From a virus (lineage: Duplodnaviria > Caudoviricetes): DNA of 64,000 nucleotides. The position numbers and the translations under genes were made by a program. The DNA lies in IMG/VR virus record IMGVR_UViG_3300021368_000002; one strand, 5' to 3'. A model generated the notes under the pieces. The model had not been told where the DNA came from. It did not search any database and saw only the letters and a program-made list of their open reading frames with translations. Position 1 is the stretch's first letter; the number at the start of each line of letters is the position of its first letter. Positions 25,615 to 35,509 of this stretch are shown here, in pieces.

Positions 25615-27201
25615 CTATGCTATCTTAGTTATGATTACCTGTCCGTGTGCGTCTGAGGTGCTGCCAACGTTTACACGGCTTGCACCACGTGTTCCGTTGA
25701 AGTATGAACCTCCTCCACCACCAGTGGAGTTTTCTGATGTACCAGCGCCACCTGAGTAGCCACCGCCACCTGAACCTTGGTCGTCGGTTGATCCGCCGCC
25801 TCCACCAAAGCCACCGCCGCCATTACCACCGTACAGTGAGTTTGAATTAAATGTGCTGCCACCTTGTAGATATCCATAGCCACCGTTGTTTGGAGTGCTT
25901 GCACCGTTGCCTAGATATCCGCCGCCAGCACCACCGTTTGAACTTGGACCTGAACCACCCGAACCGTTTGAACCGCCGTTGTATCCATCTGTTGAATTTA
26001 CACCACTTGTGCCTGAAACAGCATCACCATTTGTGTGAGTGTAACGTCCGTCTTGGCCTCCACCGCCTCCTGCGATAATCAAAGGATCTCTCGAGTTGTC
26101 TGATCCTATAGCAATAACAAACGTACCACCACCTGATCCGCCCTGACCGTGGCCACCTTGACCTACAGCAATTTCAAGCACTTCTTCTCTTGTGAGTTCG
26201 AAGAGGCCTTTGAGTCTATATCCATATCCTCGTCTATTGTTTGATGAATATGCTAGACCTGATGCGCCTCTTACGTCTATTTCGTATGTACCATCTTCAG
26301 GTACAGTCCAAAGTTGGAAACCTTGTGTTTCGACTGATATATATTCTCCTGCCCAAGACACTGACGAGTATGCGCTTGTTACTTGTGCAGAAGTAGGACC
26401 TTGACGACCAGTTTGTCCTGCATTAGTAAACGTATGAGATGTGAAATCATACAAAGGTGGTACAACAATCGGACCTCCGCCGCCACCTTCTCCTGTATCT
26501 TCAGCAACCTCAGGTTCCCATGCTAGTGGGCCAGTTTCAGGTGCGTTTACTACTTCAACTGAGACAGGTGATGCTTCTCCACCGTCTAGTGTCATTGTAA
26601 CTGTTTGTGTGTCTACAGTACCATCTCTCGGCACGTTAAAACTTTTGTTTGCACGTTCGCCCTCTACAATCATTGTACCTGTTAAGCTATTACCGCCTAT
26701 TTCTCCTGCGTCGGTAATACCGCTAAGTGTGTAAGGTATCGAAGTGCCGTCTGCTACATTTTTAGCTTCGATGTCAAAGCTAATTGTTTGTCCTTCTGTT
26801 ACGCTTGAACTATGCGCAGTAAACGTGTATGCTGCTGTTGATGTAATAGGAGACTGTCCAGGAACAACAATAGTATCCGAACTTGCAACACCTGTCATAA
26901 CAGCGTTTACGCTACCTTGTGTTGTTCTTATGATTACTCTGTCACCTGCTGAACACTGTAGTCCTGTGCGCTCAATTGTTTGTCTTGGCTGCATATGGAC
27001 TTCGTTTTCAATTACGCCTGCTAGGTCGAACGTGTCGTTTGGTGTTATGCATACAGACACTTTATTAACTGCGTTATGTCTGTTTACCAAGTGTAGAGTA
27101 AACGTTACAAACGAACCTACATCGTCATCTGTTTGATAAATGACATAGTCTGTAAACGGTGTTGCACAATCTTGGCTTGCAAGTTTACCATATACGGCCA
27201 T
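25615..27201 (-). CDS. virion protein with Ig-like middle and glycine-rich C-terminal domain
   Basis: WTVPEDGTYEIDVRGASG..GGGGTF..IIAGGGGG; late motif at 27235. Confidence 0.75.
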   Translation of the reverse strand: MAVYGKLASQDCATPFTDYVIYQTDDDVGSFVTFTLHLVNRHNAVNKVSVCITPNDTFDLAGVIENEVHMQPRQTIERTGLQCSAGDRVIIRTTQGSVNAVMTGVASSDTIVVPGQSPITSTAAYTFTAHSSSVTEGQTISFDIEAKNVADGTSIPYTLSGITDAGEIGGNSLTGTMIVEGERANKSFNVPRDGTVDTQTVTMTLDGGEASPVSVEVVNAPETGPLAWEPEVAEDTGEGGGGGPIVVPPLYDFTSHTFTNAGQTGRQGPTSAQVTSAYSSVSWAGEYISVETQGFQLWTVPEDGTYEIDVRGASGLAYSSNNRRGYGYRLKGLFELTREEVLEIAVGQGGHGQGGSGGGTFVIAIGSDNSRDPLIIAGGGGGQDGRYTHTNGDAVSGTSGVNSTDGYNGGSNGSGGSGPSSNGGAGGGYLGNGASTPNNGGYGYLQGGSTFNSNSLYGGNGGGGFGGGGGSTDDQGSGGGGYSGGAGTSENSTGGGGGSYFNGTRGASRVNVGSTSDAHGQVIITKIA

Positions 27202-27275
27202 GCTCTCGGTCTCCTTGAAATTATTATCTACTGTTATTTATCTTGAGCCATTGGTTTAAATTCCAAACTCGAGCA

Positions 27276-27710
27276 TCAAAGGCTATATTCAAAATTCTGG
27301 CAAGTGTCTCCTTTACGAAGAAATAATGCACCGTTGCGTAAATGAAATTTTTCTGCCATTTCGGTAAGAGGACTTAGTGTACAGAAACGCTGTATGTGTG
27401 GTTTATTTGTTTTTATAGCATCAGCTGCTTTGAAAATTATCTCTCTGCCTGCACCTTTGTCATAACTCCATACAGTATAAAACATAGCTGTATTAGGATT
27501 TTCGGTATGAGAGTCCATATATTTTTCATCTAATGCTACACCATTAGTATAGGCTACACAAACAATAGCTCTTGGAGAACTAGTTTGTTCATCTTCTAGC
27601 ATATAAACTTCTCTACCATCGCTTACACGCCAAGCAAGGGGAATATGCGGTCTAACAGGATCATCTTTTACATATCCTAAAGACCAATCATCGCTAACAA
27701 TTTTAAGCAT
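27276..27710 (-). CDS. GNAT-like fold protein (motifs recalling malonyl-CoA decarboxylase C-terminal domain)
   Basis: AMFYTVWSY..GAGREII..FCTLSP..AEKFHLRNGA. Confidence 0.5.
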   Translation of the reverse strand: MLKIVSDDWSLGYVKDDPVRPHIPLAWRVSDGREVYMLEDEQTSSPRAIVCVAYTNGVALDEKYMDSHTENPNTAMFYTVWSYDKGAGREIIFKAADAIKTNKPHIQRFCTLSPLTEMAEKFHLRNGALFLRKGDTCQNFEYSL

Positions 27711-29138
27711 TTATTCTGTTCCTAAGTTATTTAAAAACTGTTTTAGTTTAGTAGAATCTGCTTCGGCACGTATTTTACCTACGGTATCACCTTCTGCTGG
27801 ATCTTCTCTAACTTCACTAGTTTCTGACGGCATACTACCGTTACGTTTTATTTGATCGTAGATTGTAGATTTGCGTTTATCAAATTCTTTAAATTCTTCT
27901 TCATCGCCTAAGTCTCGAATACGAAGACTATCTACATCAAATTCTAAATCAATTTTTTGACCAACACCACTTGATGAACGTGTTTTCATTAACTGTATCT
28001 GATAACGTCCACGCTCACGCATAGCCCTACTTGTAAAGATACCAATTAAGTTGTCAGCAGTATTAATCTTACTAATACCACCCGAAATATGCGAGTGATC
28101 AAATTCAATTTCTTCCACACTGCTTCTGTTCAACTGCGATGCTGTTACAAACAAACAGTTCAGTTCCATAGCCAAGTTACGCAGTTCTTCTGATACATAC
28201 TTGTCTTTAACAAACAAGTTCTCTGCACTAATCTTGGCAGCAATCGGATGCATCAAATCCAAGTAGTCTACAAGCAATACGTCTACCTTCTTGCCTGTTT
28301 TAATTTCATACTCTTTCAAATAACTGCGGATGTCATTTGCATTCTTACCTGTGGGCATATACTTAACTTGGAACGCACCTGACTTCTTACCAATCATCTT
28401 AACTTTCATTTCAACATCATCAATTGATTTGAAAATATCTCTGCTTGGAATATCTGTAGTCATTGAATCTACACGCATACTAACCAAGTTCTCTGAAAGC
28501 TCAAACGTCAAGTAAATAACATTCAATCCTGCTAGTGCCCAGTTCACACCCAAGTTAGCCAAGAACAAACTCTTACCCGAACCTGATCCACCTGCAAAGA
28601 TGTTTAGCTCGCCTCTGTTGAATCCTCCGAACAGTTTCTTATCCAATGCCGGCCAGCCTGTGCTTACTTGTCCGTTCTTGTCTTTAATCGCTTCCAAACG
28701 TGAACGAGGATCTTTCCAATAGTCAGTACCAAGATCTTTTTGAAGGCCAATCTGCACAGCTTTCTTAACCAAGTCTTCACAACTGCCATATTCACCTTTC
28801 TCAAGCAAGTCAGCACTCTTAAGGATAGCAGCTTCTAGTGCCTTGTGCTTGCTAAATGTTTCAAACTCTTGTAACAGCCAATCATAGTGATTTTCTGCCA
28901 AGTCACCTGGGTGTTTCAAGTTTGCATCTGTTGCTGCATTTATCATGTCAAACGTAGGCAGTGCATTGTGTTCTGTTACATAGTCATTCAAAAACTTTGC
29001 AGGTTCCTGCAAACGTCTATCAAATGTTTTTGGATCAAACACCGCTTGACAACGAACAAAGCTCTCTGCGTCTGTCATCATCATCTCAAGATATACTTTT
29101 TGTATATCATAACCATAATCTGTATTCTGTCTTGTCAT
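27711..29138 (-). CDS. gp41: DnaB/gp41-like replicative helicase
   Basis: STGWPALD, GGSGSGKS, YLTFELSE, LLVDYLDLM, TASQLNR, MKTRSS; start ATG 29138. Confidence 0.95.
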   Translation of the reverse strand: MTRQNTDYGYDIQKVYLEMMMTDAESFVRCQAVFDPKTFDRRLQEPAKFLNDYVTEHNALPTFDMINAATDANLKHPGDLAENHYDWLLQEFETFSKHKALEAAILKSADLLEKGEYGSCEDLVKKAVQIGLQKDLGTDYWKDPRSRLEAIKDKNGQVSTGWPALDKKLFGGFNRGELNIFAGGSGSGKSLFLANLGVNWALAGLNVIYLTFELSENLVSMRVDSMTTDIPSRDIFKSIDDVEMKVKMIGKKSGAFQVKYMPTGKNANDIRSYLKEYEIKTGKKVDVLLVDYLDLMHPIAAKISAENLFVKDKYVSEELRNLAMELNCLFVTASQLNRSSVEEIEFDHSHISGGISKINTADNLIGIFTSRAMRERGRYQIQLMKTRSSSGVGQKIDLEFDVDSLRIRDLGDEEEFKEFDKRKSTIYDQIKRNGSMPSETSEVREDPAEGDTVGKIRAEADSTKLKQFLNNLGTE

Positions 29139-29144
29139 GTTTAT

Positions 29145-29174
29145 ATTATACTGCCTTATACCACACTTTGTCAA
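29145..29174 (-). promoter_or_regulatory. sigma70-like promoter for helicase
   Basis: TTGACA-N18-TATAAT on reverse strand. Confidence 0.7.
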
Positions 29175-30117
29175 CATCTACTTTGGTTTTTGTTTTTGCC
29201 AAAACAGCACCAATACAACTACCAGGGTCACCAGGATTAGGAGGTACCCATACGTTTTTCCAGTCTTTACTTATATTATCAATTGCACTTTTATTAAGGG
29301 CCCCTCCACCTGCAACAGCTAAGGCTTGTCCATTATTAGTTTTCCAATGAGCATAGTTACTTAAAATTTTTACACACCATTCAAAAATACCTTGGGTAGC
29401 GGCTGCAATGTCTGCAATATCTTGAACTGTTTTTAATTCTGGACGCCACCATAAGCACCCTCTATGCAAATTTTCTCGCATTTTAATATAAGGTATAGTT
29501 TTATCTTGGTCTACCCTAATTATTTCATTACAAATTGTATGCCATAACCTTGTAGGGTCTCCGGCTTTTGCGTGTTGGGCTATTAAATATTCATCACGTT
29601 GCGGAGTAAACCCCATACGTTGGGTCATAGCACTGTAAAATAACCCTAAGCTATGCGGATACCCTTGTGAAAATATTTTCTTTAGTTGTCCGTCCTTACC
29701 GTGCCATATTGTAAGGGTTTCAAACTCACCTATGCTATCTAAACATATCACTGCACAATCATCATGGGGTTGTGTATAATAAGCATATGCAGCATGACTA
29801 AGGTGATGTTGTGTATATTCAATAGGACAATCTATATTCCAGCGTTGCAAATAATTTTTTATATTATTCTCTTTTAGTTTCCAACCTTGTCCAGCACGAA
29901 GTTGACGAAGAGTTTTAAGAACAGGTCTTTCATACCAAATAACTTTGTTAGGGTAACCAAAACTTTGAATAGCTACATCTATTTGCATATTATTAAAATC
30001 AGGGTCATGTTGAATTCCGGAAAAGTCTTTTGCAAGACTTGCCCAGCCTAATTTGTTGTTTTCAAAAACTGCTAGACTGGCATCATGACTATTGCCAACC
30101 ATACCCCAAGTTATCAT
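29146..30117 (-). CDS. carbamoyltransferase (NodU/CmcH) N-terminal Kae1-like domain only
   Basis: HDASLA, HHLSHAAYAYY, DSIGE, HSLGLFYSA.T, DIAAATQ, LAVAGGGALN, PNPGDPGSCIGA. Confidence 0.85.
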   Translation of the reverse strand: MITWGMVGNSHDASLAVFENNKLGWASLAKDFSGIQHDPDFNNMQIDVAIQSFGYPNKVIWYERPVLKTLRQLRAGQGWKLKENNIKNYLQRWNIDCPIEYTQHHLSHAAYAYYTQPHDDCAVICLDSIGEFETLTIWHGKDGQLKKIFSQGYPHSLGLFYSAMTQRMGFTPQRDEYLIAQHAKAGDPTRLWHTICNEIIRVDQDKTIPYIKMRENLHRGCLWWRPELKTVQDIADIAAATQGIFEWCVKILSNYAHWKTNNGQALAVAGGGALNKSAIDNISKDWKNVWVPPNPGDPGSCIGAVLAKTKTKVDVDKVWYKAV

Positions 30118-30223
30118 TTGTATATAAAAGGATCCTTTTCTTTCATTTCTTTAAGTTTACGTCTAAACTTAATCTCTTCTTTTAATTTTGTATAGGGCCA
30201 GGTAATCCAAGCCCATAACTTTT

Positions 30224-31207
30224 TTATGTAAACCATTTTTTTGCTCTCAACCTAATTTTCAATGGAGATTGTTCTGCTTGTGTTGCTATACTATGTAATG
30301 TATACAACCTACCGTATTTATCAACCGCCTCGCTGACATCTGTTACCTCTGAAGGCCATTCAGGCATACTAACCATATAGCCTAACTCTATTGCTTGTTC
30401 GACAAGTTTTTTACCCGCTTTATCTCTATCAGGAACAACAATTATATCTTTGTCTAATTTATTCAATAACATAGATTGTTGTTCAGAAATTTCAGATCCA
30501 CCTAATGCACACCCTTCGATGTGTATTGCATCAATTTGTCCTTCACAAACAATAGCAAAAACTTTGTTATATCCTTGTTCGTCTAGTCCGTACACAAAGC
30601 CGGGTTGTACTTCAGTAAGATACTTAGGTTTCTTGTCAGGTACAACACTACGCCCTGTCCAACCTACAATGCGTCCTTCATAATAAAAAGGAATAATAAG
30701 ACGATCACGATAACCTAAACTAGGCGACCAGTAATAGTCTGTATCGTCTACGTTTAGATTACGTGATGCCATATACTCAAGCACAGCTATACTAAACTTG
30801 TTGAAGTCAGTAATGTCTGTAATCTTGATAGCATCTTCTGGCAACGGAACAGTATTGAATGTAGGTAGTAGTGCAATTCGTGTTTGTGCTTCAACCCCTT
30901 CATTCTCTCTCATCACTTCAAGTGCCACCTTGTTGATTACATCGTCAGGCGCTCCTGTCCATTGTAAGAGCCTTCGCAACTTGTGTGAGAAATTCCTGCC
31001 CGGTTGCCAGGATGCTTTGAAGCCGCAGTTAAAACAATGATAACTAACGCCTCCGTCTGGGTTGCTTATTAAGCCACCTCTGCCTCGAGTGTCTGCACTG
31101 TGTCCGTTATGATGACAGCACGGCGCATTAAAGGAGAGCCATCCACTAGGCGTTTGTTTACGCTTAGACGGCAAGTATGTCAGAACTATATCTCTTACTA
31201 CACTCAT
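30224..31207 (-). CDS. gp61: DNA primase (gp61-like)
   Basis: CCHH..HCFNC zinc finger; IIPFY..WTGR; CEGQIDA; PDRDKAG; DVSEA (TOPRIM). Confidence 0.92.
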   Translation of the reverse strand: MSVVRDIVLTYLPSKRKQTPSGWLSFNAPCCHHNGHSADTRGRGGLISNPDGGVSYHCFNCGFKASWQPGRNFSHKLRRLLQWTGAPDDVINKVALEVMRENEGVEAQTRIALLPTFNTVPLPEDAIKITDITDFNKFSIAVLEYMASRNLNVDDTDYYWSPSLGYRDRLIIPFYYEGRIVGWTGRSVVPDKKPKYLTEVQPGFVYGLDEQGYNKVFAIVCEGQIDAIHIEGCALGGSEISEQQSMLLNKLDKDIIVVPDRDKAGKKLVEQAIELGYMVSMPEWPSEVTDVSEAVDKYGRLYTLHSIATQAEQSPLKIRLRAKKWFT

Positions 31208-31213
31208 ACTATT

Positions 31214-31242
31214 ATTATAGCGTAGTTATCTAATAATGTCAA
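31214..31242 (-). promoter_or_regulatory. consensus sigma70 promoter for primase operon
   Basis: TTGACA-N17-TATAAT exactly. Confidence 0.85.
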
Positions 31243-32016
31243 TCAGTTTCGGACAAGTATTTTAGTTATTTTATTTGCTGGATCAGCTGTAGCAACAAAT
31301 CTTATAAAGCTATATACTCCATTGAAATTTATTGCTGTTGGTTGTGTTTCTGATCCAGAAAAAGTTACAGTGTCAATATCACTCCAGTATGTACCGCCTA
31401 TGATTTGGTTTTCTAAAGTTCCTTGAACTTTTACATCTCCTGAATAAGAATCTGTGTAAATTGCAGCAGTATGTAGTGCATCGTTGCCATTTATTCCTGG
31501 CTCAGCAGATACGGCTTCACTAACCCATGTTTCGTTGTCCTGGAGGAAGGTTTTTACTTCTACAGAAGCTAACGCTCCTGGAAATGCACAACTACTTAGT
31601 TTCATTGAACCACAAGCATCAAATGCAGTGTTAACATAGGTTAAGGTATTACTGTTTGTATCTTCTAAATAGATTGTATAACTTAAAAATTGATCATTAA
31701 CATTAAGTGTATCGTTGTCTGCAATTACGAATTTAAATAAACCTTTTGTAGAAGTAGTAGAACCGTCATCTAAAACAGTAGCGGACTTTTTTATAATCTG
31801 TCTATTGCTTTCATCGTGTATTACAATATATGGTGTGGTTGTAACTGTAATAGGTTTTTGATCTGCATTTAACAGCCTGAATTCGACCGTGTTATCGATC
31901 CCTCTGTATAAATTAATTTGTCTATGATACACTGGCTTGTACTCCGTAATGAAACCTGCTTCGTTTGAAACAATGTTGATTCTGTTTTTTACTAAATAGG
32001 TATAATGTAATTGCAT
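31243..32016 (-). CDS. hypothetical, beta-rich, probably virion protein
   Basis: late motif 4 nt upstream of ATG. Confidence 0.75.
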   Translation of the reverse strand: MQLHYTYLVKNRINIVSNEAGFITEYKPVYHRQINLYRGIDNTVEFRLLNADQKPITVTTTPYIVIHDESNRQIIKKSATVLDDGSTTSTKGLFKFVIADNDTLNVNDQFLSYTIYLEDTNSNTLTYVNTAFDACGSMKLSSCAFPGALASVEVKTFLQDNETWVSEAVSAEPGINGNDALHTAAIYTDSYSGDVKVQGTLENQIIGGTYWSDIDTVTFSGSETQPTAINFNGVYSFIRFVATADPANKITKILVRN

Positions 32017-32036
32017 ATTGTATTTATTGGATTTAG

Positions 32037-32408
32037 ATGTTATTAAAAGAAATTGCAGAAAACTTTCCCTTTGTTAGCGTTGTTACATACGGCGGGCAAG
32101 AGTTTGTCGGAATAGTCATTAACCAGGATCAATGGGTGACTAGTATGTATGTATACACAGATTTAAGAACACAGGAAGAAAAACAACTCTTACTAGATTT
32201 AGGAGAGATTTGGTGGTGGGAATCAAATAGAATGATTCCTATTAATATCTTTTTGAGAGAAGAAATGAGTCCTTTCAAATATGCTATTCAAACAATGAAT
32301 AGTAAGGACGTAAAGGTAAGCATAGGGCCTGTTGTTAACTTAAATGATATGCAAATAAAACGTGTAAAAAGAAAAAGCGTACAACTTGTGCGTAAACCAA
32401 AAAATTAA
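32037..32408 (+). CDS. hypothetical protein
   Basis: ORF track; isolated + strand gene. Confidence 0.75.
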   Translation: MLLKEIAENFPFVSVVTYGGQEFVGIVINQDQWVTSMYVYTDLRTQEEKQLLLDLGEIWWWESNRMIPINIFLREEMSPFKYAIQTMNSKDVKVSIGPVVNLNDMQIKRVKRKSVQLVRKPKN

Positions 32409-32980
32409 CTACCTGCAGACTGAGCAGATATCTTTTCACATATCAAGTTCATATGGACTACTACTGCTACTGCGTAAGATATAGCGTGTGCTTTCTTAAA
32501 GTAGTAATCATCATTTTCCGGTTTTATCCATACTTCGTTTAAGATGCTGTTCCACGGCTTCCCAATAAGATGTCGCTTCGCCGGACGAATCATTGCCAAT
32601 ACTGCTGCTAACTGTTCTATTGTTTCCGGCTTGGTTTGTTGGAGGATGTGTGAGTGGTCTCCTACGTGAAATAGCTGTTTGCTGAATTCTTCGTGCGTGA
32701 GCAGATCCCATAATGGTTCCTTTGTCATAAGTTCTTGTAAATGAGTTTCATTCTTAATGTCTTTGTATATAGACACATTAAGAAAGTCTAGTTTAAAGTA
32801 GCCACGGTCTTCTGCTGTTTTATAATCTATTGTGGCTAAATTATCCACAGGATTATGTGGAATTTCTGTTGTATAGATACCAGTATTGTGTTTCTTTTCA
32901 GTATTCAACTTTGCTACTCTATGAGTAAGTTTAGATAGAACTTCTTCTCTATTTGCAAAGTCAATGTCGATATCAGGCAT
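32405..32980 (-). CDS. miniature DNA polymerase III alpha (DnaE)-like protein
   Basis: MPDIDIDF, KHNTGIY, GYFKLDFL, FKKAHAISYA. Confidence 0.85.
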   Translation of the reverse strand: MPDIDIDFANREEVLSKLTHRVAKLNTEKKHNTGIYTTEIPHNPVDNLATIDYKTAEDRGYFKLDFLNVSIYKDIKNETHLQELMTKEPLWDLLTHEEFSKQLFHVGDHSHILQQTKPETIEQLAAVLAMIRPAKRHLIGKPWNSILNEVWIKPENDDYYFKKAHAISYAVAVVVHMNLICEKISAQSAGS

Positions 32981-33675
32981 TATAAATTTGCTTCCTTTGC
33001 AACATCTTTAACAAGTGCTATATCACTTGGTTGTCTTTTAAATCTCATTGCCCAGTGTTCGGGATTTATAACATGATAAACAAGTTGTAGTTGTTCATCG
33101 TTAAATTTACTTAGCATTTCTTTACCACTTTTACAATTTAAAATAAGCCACGGAGACATCTTTCCGTCTTTAATTTGCCACACAGCTCTATTCAAACTTA
33201 CATAGTAAAAATACGTATTCCATACTGCATCGTTTTCTTCAGCCCATTCCATCATTGTTTGGACACTGCGTTCTAATGCAGTTGTAACATCTTCTTTCAA
33301 AATAAACTGAAGTACATATTTTTCATATAATTCGTCTTTACACCAGTGGTCAAGTTTCACACCAGATTTAACTACATAGTCAATATATTTTTCAGGATAT
33401 AATGGACGAACATTAGAAATATAACTACCGAACCTAACAAACGCATTGTAGTACGGTGATTTGCTAAAGTCTTCATAGGTTTTTTCTTTTTTCGTTCCTG
33501 TACTGAGCGCATAAAATCTTTGAAACGCATAAAGCCCATATCTTACTCTTTTCTCATCTTTCTGTAATGCACGCCTTTTAGGTTCGCACATATGCGCCGC
33601 AAGTGTTTTTTCTTTTACATAACCATTACCGCAGTATTCACACTTATACGGCTTTTCTATCAAATCCATGTTGTT
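32980..33675 (-). CDS. hypothetical protein with N-terminal CxxC..H..C zinc finger
   Basis: YKCEYC..LAAHMC; start uncertain. Confidence 0.75.
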   Translation of the reverse strand, partial: NNMDLIEKPYKCEYCGNGYVKEKTLAAHMCEPKRRALQKDEKRVRYGLYAFQRFYALSTGTKKEKTYEDFSKSPYYNAFVRFGSYISNVRPLYPEKYIDYVVKSGVKLDHWCKDELYEKYVLQFILKEDVTTALERSVQTMMEWAEENDAVWNTYFYYVSLNRAVWQIKDGKMSPWLILNCKSGKEMLSKFNDEQLQLVYHVINPEHWAMRFKRQPSDIALVKDVAKEANL

Positions 33676-34099
33676 CAGCCAATTCTTGGACTTCTTTTTT
33701 TGTACATATTCTAGCAAGTAATTCTACCTCATCCTGTTTCATGTTAGGGTATATTTGTTCTAGTACTTTTACAACTTTACTATTGTCTGCTGTTTTCTTT
33801 TTAAACCCAACCCAGGGATGATATTCTATTTTTCCAGTTGCGCCGCTCATGCAAAGTAGTTGCCATTGTAATTGCTGGTGCTTACTTACTTCCATGTAGT
33901 TTTTATTGTAATATTCATTTGTTTTAAAAACTGCAAGTTCTTGCTTGTCTCTGTTGCCTTTTACACTACTAACGTATCTATTAAGCAACCAAAAGCTAAC
34001 TTGCTTACGTTCATCGTCAGACAGTTCTTTCCATACGTTTTTTCCGTCCATATCTATAGCAGCAAGTATATCTTTTATTGGTAGTTTTTGCTGTGCCAT
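33644..34099 (-). CDS. clamp-loader small subunit (gp62-like)
   Basis: FWLLNRYVS..TNEYYN..QWQLL..HPWV pattern; replication context. Confidence 0.55.
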   Translation of the reverse strand: MAQQKLPIKDILAAIDMDGKNVWKELSDDERKQVSFWLLNRYVSSVKGNRDKQELAVFKTNEYYNKNYMEVSKHQQLQWQLLCMSGATGKIEYHPWVGFKKKTADNSKVVKVLEQIYPNMKQDEVELLARICTKKEVQELAEQHGFDRKAV

Positions 34100-34761
34100 T
34101 CTTCTACATCCTTAGGTGTATTAATCTCAGTACCTTTATATTGTACACTCAAACAACCTATTTGCCAACCACTTTTTAGCCATCGTAGCTGTTCTAATTT
34201 TTCAACTTGTTCTTCACGTTCTTGTGGCAGCGACATATACATATTCAGTGCATTGCGTTTATAACCATATACACCTAGATGCCATTCGCCGTACCCAGTC
34301 ATACCTCTACCAAACCATAGTGCTTGATCACCTGCACGTACCATTTTTACACTGCTTGGTTCATTTTGTTTTTCTTCTGGCATTTCAGTAAAGACTGTTG
34401 TTACTGAATAATGTTTTAAGTGCCATTCTGCTTTGTCGATCATTTCTTCTGTGACATCAGGCATATCACCTTGTACGTTTATAAAATTATCATACTTGCT
34501 AAGTAAATCACCGTCAATAGCACCAGCACATCTTTCGGTTCCGTTTTCATAACGAACAGTTTGATCAATCCAACAAGTCTGCCAATCGAATAGCCCAGCG
34601 ATCGCCATACTGTCTGTGAGTACGTATGTGTCTCTTCCTGTTGCTTTACATTTTTCATACACAGTCTCGATCATAGTTTTATCGCCTAGCTTAATTAAAG
34701 GCTTGCCAGGTAACCTTGTACTTTTATACCTAGCGGGTATAATTATAGCCGACGATGTCAC
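34075..34761 (-). CDS. kdsB: CMP-Kdo synthetase
   Basis: IIIPARYKSTRLPGKPL, GTERCA, INVQGDMP, HLGVYGY, EKLEQLRWL; GTG start 34761. Confidence 0.93.
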   Translation of the reverse strand: MTSSAIIIPARYKSTRLPGKPLIKLGDKTMIETVYEKCKATGRDTYVLTDSMAIAGLFDWQTCWIDQTVRYENGTERCAGAIDGDLLSKYDNFINVQGDMPDVTEEMIDKAEWHLKHYSVTTVFTEMPEEKQNEPSSVKMVRAGDQALWFGRGMTGYGEWHLGVYGYKRNALNMYMSLPQEREEQVEKLEQLRWLKSGWQIGCLSVQYKGTEINTPKDVEEWHSKNYQ

Positions 34762-35509
34762 GTACAGTCTCCTCAAAATCATCTAGTCGAAGCATATTCG
34801 GACCATCGCTTGGTGCGTTATCAGGCAATTTGTGTACTTCGAGGAAGAAATTGCTGACCCCCAGAGCAGACCCGCTACGAGCGAACCCAGGTACAAGATC
34901 ACGATTGCCCCCACTGCTAGACCCTTGTCCCCCGGGTTTTTGGGCAGAGTGTGTACAATCCAACACGATAGGAACAGAAAGATTACTGAGCATCCAGTCA
35001 ATACCAGCGTAATCAACAACAAGGGTGTTATATCCAAAACAAGTACCTCTTTCTGTTATCCAGACTTCCTTAGCACCATTTGTTTTAGAAAGTATTCCTT
35101 TTACATCCCATGGCGCAAGGAATTGTCCTTTTTTAATATTTACTATCTTACCAGTATTTACCGCACTTTTAATGATATCTGTTTGTCTACAAAGAAATGC
35201 AGGTATTTGTATTACGTCTACAGCATTCATCCATTTATCAACGCCTTTAAAACTTTCAATCTCAAAGACACTATGAAAATCAGTTAAAATTTTAACTTTT
35301 AGTTTTTGTTTCAAAATAACAAAATCATCTAATGTTTTACGCATTCCTAACCCACGAATACCGTCAACACTTGTGCGATTGGCTTTATCAAAACTTGCTT
35401 TAAAATAATATTCGATTCCGTATTTGTCACATACACGTTTACATTCTGTTGCAATTTCTAAACTTTGTTCTATACTTTCGTGTTGGCACGGACCGGCTAT
35501 TATTCTCAT
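34730..35509 (-). CDS. kdsA: Kdo-8-phosphate synthase
   Basis: IAGPC, KASFDKANRTS, QIPAFLCRQTD, KKGQFLAPWD, ERG.CFGY, D.THS.Q.PG, SDG. Confidence 0.95.
   Translation of the reverse strand: MRIIAGPCQHESIEQSLEIATECKRVCDKYGIEYYFKASFDKANRTSVDGIRGLGMRKTLDDFVILKQKLKVKILTDFHSVFEIESFKGVDKWMNAVDVIQIPAFLCRQTDIIKSAVNTGKIVNIKKGQFLAPWDVKGILSKTNGAKEVWITERGTCFGYNTLVVDYAGIDWMLSNLSVPIVLDCTHSAQKPGGQGSSSGGNRDLVPGFARSGSALGVSNFFLEVHKLPDNAPSDGPNMLRLDDFEETVRDIVGYNYTR

Noticed and set aside
25700-26170. CCACC/CCGCC-rich repeats
   Set aside because: Reverse complement of Gly codons in the glycine-rich domain.
24302-27201. Diversity-generating retroelement targeting fibre genes
   Set aside because: No reverse transcriptase and no TR/VR pair differing at adenines in this window.
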